From positions 372,001-436,000 of the forward strand of contig CBFDEM010000028.1 in NCBI GenBank assembly GCA_965603825.1: DNA of 64,000 nucleotides, written 5' to 3'. The DNA is from Blepharisma stoltei ATCC 30299. Lineage: Eukaryota > Protista > Ciliophora. This document shows, in pieces, positions 1 to 12,478 of this stretch. The position numbers and the translations under genes are program-made. Below the pieces are notes generated by a model that saw nothing but the letters and a program-made list of their open reading frames with translations, was not told the origin of the DNA and did not search any database. Position 1 is the first letter of the stretch. Each line of letters begins with the position of its first letter.

Positions 1-3000
1 TTCGCTATCGGAATAGTTAAATTCATTAAGTAAATCGCATTTTTCTTTTAACTGTCCTTCTATTTCTTTGATTTGCTTATTCCTTTGAGTCTCAATTAAT
101 TTAGACTTGCTAATTTCCTCCTTTAGCTGCTCTTCTAAGCTCTTAATCTGATCATTTTTTTGAGTTGCAGCTAATTGTGCCTTATTGATTTCCTCTTTCA
201 ATTGATCTTCCAAAGTTTCAATTCTTTCATTTTTCTGAGTTTCAACTAGCTTTACTTGGCTGCATGCTTCATTTTTTTCCTTTTCAGTTAAACTGAGCTT
301 TAAGCTTAATTCTTCTATTTCTCCACATAAAGCTCTCTTTTCATCTTCTAGTTGCTTATTTCTTGTAGTTTCATTTGCTAGCAATGAGTCATTTAGATAT
401 TTCACTTCATTCTCAAGCTCTATGATTATATTTTCCTTTGATTGTGAGTCCTCAAGAAGTTGAGGCAAAAAGTTCTTCAGTTCTTCTATTTCTTTTATTT
501 TACTTTTATTTTCATTTTCGGCTTTTTCCAGCAGCAACTTGTAATTTTCTATTTCTTTTGAAAGATTATCTGATTTTTCTGTATAGGCATTGAGCTGAAT
601 TTTTAATTCCTTAAGTAATGAGTCATGATTTATGATTTCGTTTTCTAATTTACCTGAATTCTCTAGAGATAGATTAAGTTGGTGCTTTAGTTCCATTTCA
701 GCTTTGCTAGAATTTTCCAAAGATCTTCTCAGGTCATCACAGCATTCTTTAATCTCATTATGATTTTTCTCAATTTTTTCTTTTTCAGCTTGTATTTTTG
801 TAGTTTTAATGCTTAGCACTTCATTTTCATCAGAAATTCTCAAATTCTCAGCTTTAAAGCGAGAATTTTCATCTTTCAAGTGTTTAATTCTAAATATAAA
901 TTACTCTTTTGTAATTGCTAGGATTTCAGATTCTTTCTCATTTAATTCATTATAAGCAGCAGAATTTTCTTTCCTGAGTTTATCTATATGATTTTCTAAA
1001 TCATAAATTTTCTTATCTTTAGATTCAATGAACTTCTCAACTTCTGAATTTTTCTTTTTAATCTCTGATTCGTTCATTTTGGCAATAGAATCATTATCAA
1101 TGATGGTTTGGCTTAGTCTCAATTTTAAGCTTTCTATCTCATTGCCAGCCATTTCTAATTTTCTTGATTTTTCTTCAATTTCTCGCTGAAGTTCTTTAGC
1201 GATCTCTTGAAACTTCTTTTTCTCTTTTTCTAAATCAGTTTCATAGCTACTTTTTTGGTTATTCAATTTTTCTTCAGCTTTCAAGGCTTCTTCTCGTAGT
1301 CTCACTCTATCTTCTTCTAAAATCTCTTTTGCCGAGCTTAAATTTTTTAGCTGCTCCTCATACTTCAAAATTTTCTCTTCAAGATTCAACCGATCCTCTA
1401 TGAAGCATTTCTTCTCACTGTTTAAATTTGTCAATATTTCTTCATTTTTAATTATTTCATTCTTAAGTTTCAGCCTATCTTCTTCAATATAATTCTTTTC
1501 ATTTATCAATTCTTTCAATTTCTTTTCGTTTATTATGATTTCTCCTTTAAGCCTTGTTCTATCTTCTTCTAATAGTTGCTTTTCCTCTAATAAATCCTTC
1601 AATTTCTCCTTATTTTTTAATTCCTCTTCTTCAAGCTTATTTCTTTCTCCTTCTAAAATTTCTTTTGAGTCACTCAAATTTTCAATTTCTAACTTCAGTT
1701 TTCCAATCAATTCTTCATTATGCCTATTTTTCTCATTTAAATGTTTTAACTCATTTTGGAGTTCCTGCTGAGAAGCTGATCGTTTCATTTTAAGCTCATT
1801 AAGCTCTGCTTCGAGTTTATGAATTGTTTTGTCTTTTTCTTTCCTTAATTCTTCTATTTGCTTATGGTTTACTTCTAGGCTTGCTTTTGCATTTAGAGTT
1901 TCTTCTCTCATTGCTAACATGCTTTCTTGGATGTTTTCTATGAATCTTTTGACATTGTTGTTTTCATCTTTTGTGACTTCTAGCTCGTTTTCTAGGCTTC
2001 TAATTTTCCTTTCTGAAAGGATTTCTTGATTCCTCAGCTCTAACTTATATTTAGATTCAGAGTTGTCCAGCATTCTTTGAGTATTTTCTTTTTCTAGATG
2101 CAGATCTTTATTTTGTTTAGTTAATTTACGGATAATTTGTTGCATGTTGTCTGCTTCCAGTTTGGCGCTTTTTTCTTGTTCTTGAATTTTTTCAATATAA
2201 TGTTCTATATTGTCCTTGTAGTTTTTAGCCTCATTTGATATTCTTACATTGGTTTCTTTAAGATCTTCTATTATATCTTCACTTTCTTTTAGCTTCATCT
2301 CTAAGTCTTTTTTCTTGTCATCAGTATGTTTCAAGCTTCTTCTCAGTGTGTTTACTTCATCAGAGTTTTCTTTATGAATTTTCTCTATCAAAGTTCCCAA
2401 CTCAATATTAGAAGACTTTAATTTTTTCAACTCATTTTCTAATGTGCTTAATTGATCATTTTTCTTTGAGGATTTTTCTCTCAAAACTGTTAACTCCTCG
2501 AGCTGCTTTTTCCCAGTCTCGTAAAGTGATGCTGATCTTTCGTTTTCCTCTGATAATTTTTGTTCATAAGATTTTAATTTCGCTTGGAGATCTTCTTTTA
2601 TCTTTTCGTCATTGATGCTATTCAATTTAAGCTCATCTACCAAACCTTGCAATAAAGCAATTTGTTTTAATGCTTGAGCTTGCTCTTCACCCAAACTGAC
2701 TTTCCTTAGTCTTTGATTTTTTGATTCTTTTTTAGCTGAGTCAAGTTCTTTCATTAAAATTTTGATTTTTTCGTCATTTTCTGATTTTATTTCATTAAGC
2801 TTTCTATTTTCCATTGTTAAATCTTCTATTGTGTTTTTGGTATTTTCTATTTCAGTCTCCAATTCGGTAATTCTGTATTCATTTATATCAGAAATTTGGA
2901 TGGACTTTTCTCTGGATTTTGATTTTAAGTCTGATCTGCTTGACTTTATTATTGAGCGATTAGTTAAATCAACCGAATCTGATCTGCCTTGCAGTTCTTG

Positions 3001-4368
3001 ATAGCGCTGGCTTAGCATTTCATACGCTGAGCACTGTTTAGCAAATTTATCTTGCAAGTCAAGGCAGGTTTTTTGTAGACTTTCTACTGCTTTTACTCTT
3101 TCATTTCTAGAGTTTTCTAATTGTAAGAGCAGTTCGTCATACTGTTTTTTCAAAGTATAGTATTTCTCAATGTATTCGTTATTTCTTGACTGGCCTTTCA
3201 GCTCTTCATATTGCTTTTTCATTGTGTTGAACCTTTCAGAAGTTTCTTTTTTCTCAGCTAATAAATTATTTATTAATTCTTGATTTTCATGAGTTTTTGG
3301 ATTTTTTAGCGCTTGGATCTTTTGAAAAGAATTGTCATCAGCTTGTTTCTGCAAGGTTTCAATGACTTCGACAAATTTTGCTTTTTCTCTTTCGAAGTCA
3401 TCTGCCATTTTCTGGATAGTCTTTTCATATGTAGAAGGGTATTGTGAAAATCTTTCTTTCCATTCTCTTAAACTATCGCGTTCTTGAGTGACCAAGCTTA
3501 ATTTCTCTTTAATCATTCCTATATCATAATCCACTGGTGTGCTCCTTGCAGATGATTTTGCAAGCTTTGTTTTTTTGGCAACTTTTATTTCTAATTCACT
3601 GATCCTTTCTTTTAACTTGTTAATAGAAATGTGGTTTTCCGCTTTTGCGCGGTTTAAAGAGCCTTCTTTTTCAATTAAAAGTGCTTTAGTATCTTTTAAT
3701 TGGTCTTGTAAGTTCGCTATTATTTCGTTTGAGCTGAAAATCTGTGCTTTGAGCTCATTCATTTCATCACTATCAATGTTTTTTTCGTGGAACTTATTTA
3801 CATAAATTTCTACTTGTTCGTTTAGCTGCTCAATCTCAGCTTTCAAATCCTTGTTTTCTTCAATCAAGGCTTTCATCTGAGAATCTGCAGGAGTAGTCTT
3901 CAGCGCGACCCCTCTAAAGCATAGCTTTCAAATCTTATTATTGAGATTCGTGAAAATTTCCCACAGTTTTGATTTGCTGCTTGATATCATAGATGAGCTG
4001 AAAATATCTAAAATATCGCTTTGGGCGCCAGCTAAAAGTTCTGAAATCATTGAAAACCGACTTAGCTCTAATGACTCAGAGTTTTCTTTTTCTGGGATTA
4101 AAAAGCTGCTTTTGAAAGAGTCATCAATGTTAGTTTTTCTGCCAATTTCAAAGGATTCAGAACAATCCGCCATGTCTATATAAAAGTTACGTTTTACTTT
4201 TTGGGCAATGCTTTGAATCCTATTTTGAATATGAAGTGTAGGATCTGTGGGAGGGATGATATCTAGAGAAGAATTTAAGCGAGAATTGTTTCTAGAGAAA
4301 GACAGGTTTCTCTTTGGGTCTGGTTTGAGTTCTTTAGTTTGCGACCTTCTGGTACTTGAAAATCTCAT
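1..4368 (-). CDS. Large coiled-coil protein (3' end runs off the window)
   Basis: ORFs 3928-4368 and 901-3876 join in frame through TGA=Trp (NNKIWKLCFRG). A 15-nt intron at 890-904 removes the TAA; the parts of 1-889 I translated are open. E/K/L heptad-rich. Confidence 0.85.
890..904 (-). other. 15-nt spliceosomal intron
   Basis: GTAATTTATATTTAG; removal gives KE-IKHLKDEN. Confidence 0.85.
1258..1677 (-). repeat. Five 28-aa (84-bp) tandem coiled-coil repeats within CDS
   Basis: LSDSKEILEGERNKL.. / LLEEKQLLEEDRTRL.. / LINEKNYIEEDRLKL.. / LNSEKKCFIEDRLNL.. / LSSAKEILEEDRVRL.. Confidence 0.75.
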
Positions 4369-4764
4369 ATTTAAATTTAGAATTTGGGTAAATGGGATTC
4401 AAAAACATTTTTGCATGAAAAATCATTGAAGAGATATTTTAGTAAAAATTTGGAAGAAGGCCTGCTCTAGTATTTAATTTATAAAGAATTGCATCGACTG
4501 GTAAGACGATACTTCTATGGAATTAGAATTTATCTTTAAAGATTAAAAAACAAATTAATTAATAAAATATTGAAAAAGCTAAAATCCTACAATGAAAAGT
4601 AATCATAAAAGAAATGCTTTATTTTTCCCCATTTACTTATAAATTCGATTAGTTTATTGGGAATTTTAAAAAGAAATTAATCCAAGTCGACAATAATTAC
4701 TCCAATTACGAAATATTAGGTAAGATCGATAATAACTTATAGTTAGACAATTTTGCAACTCTAT

Positions 4765-5421
4765 TTACATTTTTGTTGTAAATACTACTTTTTTATTGTT
4801 TCTCGGTGAGCATTCTGGCTGCCTTAGTTCTGAATCTAATCTATGAACTTCGTTTAATAGTAGGCCGCTCAGTTTCACTGCTTCTTCTAACGCCTTTTTG
4901 GTGACTTTATTTTTCTCTTTCAAAATTTTGCAGCCTTTGCATGGTATTTTTCCACTTTTGTATGCGTCAAGCTCATTCTCCAGCCTGCTTCTCGCTGCTT
5001 CTGATTTCCCGCACTCTCTTTGCAGTATCTGACATTTTTTCTTCAAATTGACTTGTTCGTCTGGTGTTACATCTGGCCACTGCCCACAGTCCAGGTAATT
5101 CTTTTGAAAATTCCCCACGTAGCGTTGAGGTGACACTGGTAGTGTGCAGAAGTCTTCAAAGGTGTCGAACCCCACCAGTGAATCTGCTTCAGTTTCCCTG
5201 AATGCACGAGCTTTTTCTATAGAATGAGGACTAACAACGCTGGGCGTAGAAATGCTTGGCTTTGACGACATCTCTTCTCTTCTTTCGAGGAAACTCGATT
5301 TGTATTGAGAAGCTACTGATGATTTCAGTGATGGGGAAGTATTAAAATAAAGCACTTTTACATCAAGATCTTCAAACGACGAGTTTTCTTGACGAAGATT
5401 TAACTTTTTTTTGGAGTCCAT
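4765..5421 (-). CDS. Hypothetical protein with C-terminal coiled coil and CxxC
   Basis: 218-aa ATG..TAA ORF bounded by AT-rich spacers. Confidence 0.65.
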   Translation of the reverse strand: MDSKKKLNLRQENSSFEDLDVKVLYFNTSPSLKSSVASQYKSSFLERREEMSSKPSISTPSVVSPHSIEKARAFRETEADSLVGFDTFEDFCTLPVSPQRYVGNFQKNYLDCGQWPDVTPDEQVNLKKKCQILQRECGKSEAARSRLENELDAYKSGKIPCKGCKILKEKNKVTKKALEEAVKLSGLLLNEVHRLDSELRQPECSPRNNKKVVFTTKM

Positions 5422-5681
5422 TTATGAATTATCAAGGAAATCTGGAATTTGAATAGGCATCTCAATTTTCAGCCTGTAAAAAAATTAGATATGAGATTGT
5501 GAGGAAGCGTGAAGAGTTATGTGGTATGGGAGAAAAAGCGCGAAAATTAAAGGAAATATTTGATGAAATTACTATTTGAAGTTGGCGCAGACCATATTTG
5601 CGAATCTTATTGAGAAATCTTTTAATTCTACACTATCTATTAATCAGTAGATTTTTAAATTCAGTAATAAATATTGTTTCA

Positions 5682-7106
5682 ATGGGCTGCTGCTGCATAA
5701 CGAAGTCTTCTATTTTAGCACGCATTAATAGGCAGAGGCAGGAATCCAGACAGGAAAGCCAAAGACACAACATGGTGGTTTTTAATCGAGTAAATAACTC
5801 CTTGGTATGTCCCACATGCAGGATGGAATTCCCAAGGACCACAGAAATTCCATTATTTGCTGAACATTTGATTTCCTGTTCGAGGAACCGAAATGAAAAT
5901 CAGCAAAATAAGTTATTAAACATCCAAATCTCCAAAGATCTCCCATATGATACCAAGGTCAAATGACTTTACCAAGAATTCGACAAAATCCGAGTCCCCT
6001 GACAGTCAGAAAACGTCAAAATCAATGTGACTCGTGACGATTTCGTTCAAGCTTCTCTAACTCAGGTGCTATTCTGCACAGCTGAAGACATGCATAAAGA
6101 GTTTCAAATTAGCTTTAAAGGAGAAATTGGTATAGATGCCGGAGGAATCTTCAGGGAATGGATAACTCTGCTTCTAAGAAACCTTATTTCAGAAGAGTAT
6201 GGTCTCTTTGTAAAAGCATCAAGCACGATGACAAGCTACACCTTCCCTAATGTTTGTACTGACGAATATGTATCCAGCTACGTATTTTTTGGGAAACTTA
6301 TGGGGAAAGCTCTATTTGAAAAAATCCAGATTAATTGTCCTTTATCTCAAGTAATTTACAAGCATCTTGTTGAAGAAAAAATTGAGCTGAAGGATCTGAA
6401 TTTCCTGGATAGCGAGGTAAAAATTATTTAGCTTTACTCTTCATTGATGTATATGAAAGACAATATACTTGAAGACGGAATTTATGCGAGTTTTGAATTA
6501 GAAAAAGAAATCGATGGAAAAATAGTTAAATTTCCATTGAAAGAAGATGGAGACCAAATCATGGTTTCTGAAGAGAACAAAGAAGAATACATTGAAAAAC
6601 GATTGAGATTTGAGACTTATGAAATAATGAAAGGAGGCCTGGAATTGTTGCTGCAAGGATTTTACTCTGTGATCCCGAAAGCGTTAATAAAAAATTTTAC
6701 CTCTGAAGAGCTTGAGCTTTGCTTATGTGGGCTTCCATTAATCGATTTAGAAGATTGGCAAGATTTCACTGAATACAGAGGAGAATATAGCAGAAAACAT
6801 CAAGTCATTGAGTGGTTTTGGGAAATTTTAGCAGGATTCACCCAAGAGCAGCTTATGAACCTATTGGTCTTTGTAACTGGATCTCCTAGACTTCCTGTTG
6901 AAGGGTTTTCTTCACTGAGAACGTTAAGAGGAGACACAGCACGGTTCACAATTGAGCCAACAATCTATAGCCAAAGGAACATTTACCCAATGTCTCACAC
7001 TTGCTTTAATAGGCTAGATCTTCCTATGTATCCTACAAAGAAAGAAATGAAAAAAGCTATGAAATTTGTTATTAACAGCCATGTTTTTGGTTTTGGGATT
7101 GAGTAG
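5682..7106 (+). CDS. HECT E3 ubiquitin ligase with acylation-type N-terminus and UBZ-like zinc finger
   Basis: MGCCC start; CPTC..H..C; two TGA=Trp (KVKWLY, RVPWQS); GIDAGGIFREW; intron 6417-6431; FVTGSPRLP; catalytic SHTCFNRLDLP. Confidence 0.92.
6417..6431 (+). other. 15-nt intron
   Basis: GTAAAAATTATTTAG; removal gives the HECT motif LDSE-LYSSL. Confidence 0.9.
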
Positions 7107-7147
7107 CGAAATTAACCTAATTAAACTTGTGCAATATAATTTAACTA

Positions 7148-8578
7148 ATGATTAACTCTCATGAAAACCCCAAACATTTCCTTTCGTCTCCAATGGGTCC
7201 ACATCTGAAAGATTTTATGTGGCTTAAAGAGTCTTTTGATAAGAAATTTGATGGCAGCGACTTCAATAGGAAAATTTATAGTCCAAGAACCCTAAAGAAG
7301 AGGCACGAAAGAAAAATTGCGATAATAAGTGAAAGTAAACTCAGCAGAGCTCAAAGCAAGTCTCCTTCTCAGGATCTGCAAACCTTGCCAACTGAATTTT
7401 CTCCGACCTGTGAAAACCCGTCAATAAAGACAATTATAGATAAAACTGAAGTCTCCAAAAAAATCAATCAAAAAAGTTTGGAAATGTCTATGAGGGTTTC
7501 AAAAGACTACAGCACAGACAACAAAATACGCAACATTTTCGTAACAAATATGTAGAGACGTGCAAAGCAGAATTTTCCAAAAGGTCGAAGAGAAAAATCG
7601 CAGGTTTTTAATAAGACTCCGATAATTAAGAACAAAAAGAGGACAAAAAGCATTCCAGTGGACTCAGCCTATAATTTGAAAGAAGCTTCACTGATTATGG
7701 GAGAACTCAGAGAAATAAAGGAGCCAGAGCTCTGGAAAAACGTTGTAGATGCTTTGAGAAGCCAACCTAATATTTTATTAGAGCTTATTCCAATAAAGCA
7801 AGCTCCAAAAGTGAGCCTAAGAAAGACAACAAAACTGTCATTGACCCCGAAACACGTATATTCCTCAAGACCAACCACAAAACTTTCATGCAAAACTCCA
7901 AAAAGTGAAACAAAGCAGAAATCTCCAATTGATAATAGGCTATTTAGAAGAAGGTCAAGTGCACTTTCAACTGAAGATAACTCAAATATTGACGAGCAAG
8001 TAGAAACTTTGGCTGATGTTGGATCAGGATCCTTAACAGATGATTGGGCTAAATCACTACTGAATTTTGAAGTAAAAAATGAAGTCCCAAGCGAGTTTTC
8101 AGAAGAAAGCATCAAAGAAGCAATTCAAAGCTTGCCAAATGAGCAAAGCCAGCTGGAAGAAGTATATGAGAGTTCACTGAAAACATTGGAGAAATTGTTA
8201 ACTTCAATGCTTGGGACTCAAGATGATATTAAAAATTTTCGAGAACGATTCAGCTCAAAAACACCTTACAATATAAGGGCATTATTAAGTAAATGCTTAG
8301 AAATTTTTCAAGTCAGGAAGATCACTATAGATATTCTTAAAATCATTCACCGCAGAGAAAATCTTCTCAAAAGCCTTAAAAGGCTCCTTGATAACGAAAA
8401 TCTTAAAACAAAAGTAATGGAAATCCTGGTTATTAGTAAAGAGCTTCGAGAAAAAATCAAGTCTTGGAAGGAAAATCAAAGCAACCCATTTTCTACGTTC
8501 ATATATAAAGGAAAAGACTACCTTACTAAAATGTCAGAAGATTTCGTGAAGCTCCAGCTAATGACAGTACCGTTGTAA
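7148..8578 (+). CDS. Hypothetical protein (about 471 aa)
   Basis: ORFs 7148-7555 and 7658-8578 join in frame after removing intron 7541-7555. Confidence 0.75.
7541..7555 (+). other. 15-nt intron
   Basis: GTAACAAATATGTAG. Confidence 0.8.
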
Positions 8579-8840
8579 TTATAATAAACCCAGATATAGA
8601 TATCTTCCTAATTAATCTAACAGATTTTTATCAATATTTCAAAATTTTAAGTATTTTTTGAAGTGTTAAATTTTCCCCACATTTTTATAATATATAATAT
8701 CGTTCAATTAATAATCAGTAACTTTTCACAACATAATATTTTTATGCTATTTTCCAAGTAAATTCAATTAAATATTTATCACTCAATACTGAAACCGTAA
8801 TTTTAGCTCTTTTATTTTCTATTTTTCTCATAATCTTTAA

Positions 8841-11615
8841 ATGGAAAAATCAAAATCGCATAAAAAACTTCGTCTACTCCCAAAACTTTCTCCACGTGCA
8901 ACATTAATGAGTTTCGGCAATTTTCGGACCTTCGACAACACTTCCAAGACTTCACTTTCATCACCCATAAAAATGCAGACTCGCACATTCCAATCCACAT
9001 TTCCTCCAATTTCTCTGCGAGATGAACTTGAAAGTGGTGAAGTTTCTCGACGCCTATTTTTGAAATCTAGAGAAAAGGCCGAATCGGGCAGCATGCAAAC
9101 TTATGCAGGTGCTATTGGACCTGTAGCTCGTCTTGAATATTTTGATTCTTTTAAAAACCTGCCAAAAGTATCACAGAGAAACAAGTTTGAGAAGCTCGAA
9201 GACTCTCCAAATGTGGCGTATTTGCAGAGACTTGAACAAAATCAACTACAGCCGAAGCCGTTTGGAATGGTCAGGAGAAGCGGCCCTGAAAATAACTTGG
9301 ATATTCACTGTTACAGCATGGGAGATTTGTACGCTGAAGCCTTTTCTGAAGGATTAGAGCACGTCAAAGGACTAGAAAAAATCAATTTAAATGGAAATAG
9401 GCTAACTGAAAGAGGCAGTTTTAGTATTTTATCAAAACTGCCGTCGCACAAAATCAGAGCAATTTCATTAGCTGACAATAAAATCGGACAAAAATCTGTT
9501 GCAAAAATTATAGACATGCTATCAGGATTCAATTCAACACTCAGACACTTAAATTTGGAAAACACTTCTATTTCTGACGCAGCAGTTTCTGAGCTGTGCC
9601 AGATACTTGCTGATAATAAAACACTATCAAGGCTTAACTTAGCAAGAAACAACCTAACCGACAACTCTGCTGCAGCACTTCATGACTTATTATACCACAC
9701 TCAGTCGTTAAAAAGGCTAGATTTGCATTGGAATAAAATAAGAGGAGATGGCGCTTTACTTCTTTTCCAAGGTCTAGCAGAAAACGATGTGCTAAAAGTG
9801 TTGGATTTATCATGAAATGCAATGGGGAGGAACAACTCTTTAGAAGTTGCAACAACTATCGGGCAAGCTTTGAAAAACCATAAGACTTTATACCACTTGG
9901 ATTTCTCGTATAATTATTTCAATTCTGAAGAATGCAAAGTTATCGGGGAATTCCTCAATGAAAATCATGTAATCCTTGGAATTCACATGGCTGGAAATGA
10001 GTGCTCTTTAAGCGCTAAAGGCTTTATTAAGCCTCAAATGGCAGGAGAAAGGCTAGAGCAAGGACATTTTTTTAGGAGAATCATTGAGCCATCACGAAAT
10101 TATTCATATAAAGAGTCGATCAATTGCTGGGTGTGTGAAGATTGGGTAGAAATCGACTTTTATTGGAAGCCAAAGATATCAGGAAATGCTGACTCTGAGC
10201 CAATTTTTTTGCATTTGGAATGCGATAACTATGCAGCTGACCTTATGTCTGAGAATCATGACGGAACATATAAGCTTACCCGAGCTGTCCCTCCAGGACT
10301 AGTTAAGTTTTTTTTTAGTCACTATGGAAATCCAATGAAATCTTTGGAACATAAAATCATCCAATTGGAAACTCCAATTCAAAGGCAAATTCAATTTTGG
10401 CCTGGCTTCATAGAAACCATAAAAATGCATAGCATTAATGTCCTTCAACCAAATGGTCCAGTCTGTTGTAAAAATATTAACTTTGATGTAAAGCCTAGAA
10501 TTCCGGGCCTTGTTTATATCCCTCCTGAACAAGAGCTTGAAAGAATTCCATGGAGTATCCCTATTTCCCTATTTAGAGACTACAAATTTGACGATGAAAA
10601 TCTGCTAAATGAGTGTTTCGAATTCGATTGGAAGCACTCTCGTCTTATGAATTTTATAAAAAACCAGGCTGACCAGGACAGAGTCAAGGAAATTTTAAAG
10701 GCAAACTATAAGCACATAAGAGAAACCTACAAGTATTTAGCCGCTTTCAGCGGGTCAGAAATCTTTTCTATTGGATCTAACGTTTTAACCGATTTTTTGA
10801 ATCAGTGCCAAATTATAGACTCCAATTATGCTGTAAGTGACCTCGGAGTTAATTGGAACTCTTGCATTGTGCCTAAAGAAAAGGGGCAACTTTATAACCC
10901 AGGAAGTGCATTAGTTAGATATGAGTTTATGGAAATCCTGGTGAGAATTGCTAATGATAGATATATAAGGAATAAAATCTGCACAACGGTTGCAGAATCT
11001 ATACAAAAACTTCTGGACGAACACTTATTGACAGTTATGAGAAATAATGACACAAATAAGTGGAGGTTTGATAAATACGTCTGTGAAGAAGTAGATTTAG
11101 TACTAAAAGCTCACAAGCCGATTCTTGACGCACTATATAGAAAATACAGTGGAAAGAAGACTCTACCAGGAATGAAAGCGTTTATGAGTTTGGAAGAGTT
11201 CAGACAACTTTGCAGTGAGGCTGGTCTAATTAATGATAATTTTGCAGCTCGTGAAATTGACTTGTGCTTTACTCAAGCGATGATGACGCAGGTGGATGAA
11301 CTCTACAAAAAGCGACATATTGAGATGTCGTTTGTAGAATTCTTAGAAGCTCTTTCAAGAGGATGTGATATGGCCGACTTGAATCCTAACGCCATGCTCA
11401 GTGAACAGGAAGAAATCCAGCAACTTTTCAAGACTAACAACCTAAATACCAGTTTACGGTCCAAACTTGAATCAGCTTTTCCAAATCTCGTCAAGATTTG
11501 TCCTCAGCTGGTTCAAGACAGTTTTGTGTTTCCTACCTCGGAAACGTATAAAATTATGATGTACAAGGCAAAAAGCGACAACTTCCCCACGTCGCCAAGA
11601 AGTTATTTAGACTAA
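8841..11615 (+). CDS. RNI-like leucine-rich repeat protein with CBM48-like segment and helical C-terminal domain
   Basis: LxxLxLxxNxL repeats; TGA 9813-9815 falls in VLDLSWN, matching the preceding repeat RLDLHWN; 924 aa. Confidence 0.85.
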
Positions 11616-12320
11616 TAATGAATTATTAGATGATTTATATAAAATTGAGTAATTCGGTTGATAGTCTGGCAGAAATTCTTCACAGCGGTGGAGGGGCTTT
11701 CTGGAAGGATAGGATTCAAACTTATGAGCTTTGGACGGGGAAGGAAATAAACTAGCTGGAGTATAAAAAGAAGAGGAATTGGTGTAGGATTTACTGGAAA
11801 AAACTTCTTTGCGCTGGCTTTGTTTGGAAAATAAAATTCCTTTTATTTTTTTTGTATCTGGCTCTGGGGTTAAAGCTGTCATGCGAATGGGCTCACTTGC
11901 AGGCTGATGATTGATTTTTTCTGAGTTATCTCGTACAAGCCTAGCTTTGCTGAACACAACTCTTGGAGAATTCCTAAGCAAAAAATCATAATGAGGGTGA
12001 TAACGACCTGGAGGAGGCGAAGGTGAGATAGAATAATCTATTGGACTTCGGGATCTTACTAAAAAAGGAAAAGTTCCTTTATGCACTCTTTTTCGGGGAA
12101 TTATTGCTCGAGGTTTTACAGAATAATCAATTTCTAGCCTCCTCTGGATTCTTATTTCAGTAGGTGTAGACGGTCTTCGCTCCAAAACTGAAGGACTTGA
12201 TGCGACAGTTTTAGCTATAAAAGTTCTCTTCAATGTATCATTTTCTTTCGAGATAATATGCCCAATTCTTGATATCATAGGCTTCATATACATGTTAAAA
12301 TCAAAATTCTTCTTTTTCAT
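11607..12320 (-). CDS. Basic Pro/Ser-rich protein with ODF3/SHIPPO-like PGxY motif
   Basis: 237-aa ORF; SPPPGRYHPHYD. Confidence 0.55.
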   Translation of the reverse strand: MKKKNFDFNMYMKPMISRIGHIISKENDTLKRTFIAKTVASSPSVLERRPSTPTEIRIQRRLEIDYSVKPRAIIPRKRVHKGTFPFLVRSRSPIDYSISPSPPPGRYHPHYDFLLRNSPRVVFSKARLVRDNSEKINHQPASEPIRMTALTPEPDTKKIKGILFSKQSQRKEVFSSKSYTNSSSFYTPASLFPSPSKAHKFESYPSRKPLHRCEEFLPDYQPNYSILYKSSNNSLLV

Positions 12321-12478
12321 TTATGATTATCAAGTAGAATTCAATAATTTATTTTTCTGTGTTCAAATATCCACTAAATTGTTCATAATATCCTAAATTT
12401 TCATTCTTATATTTTTGTTTTCATAAAACTGCAACGTTTCTTTAGATGATATAATTTTTTAAATACAACTTAAAAAAA

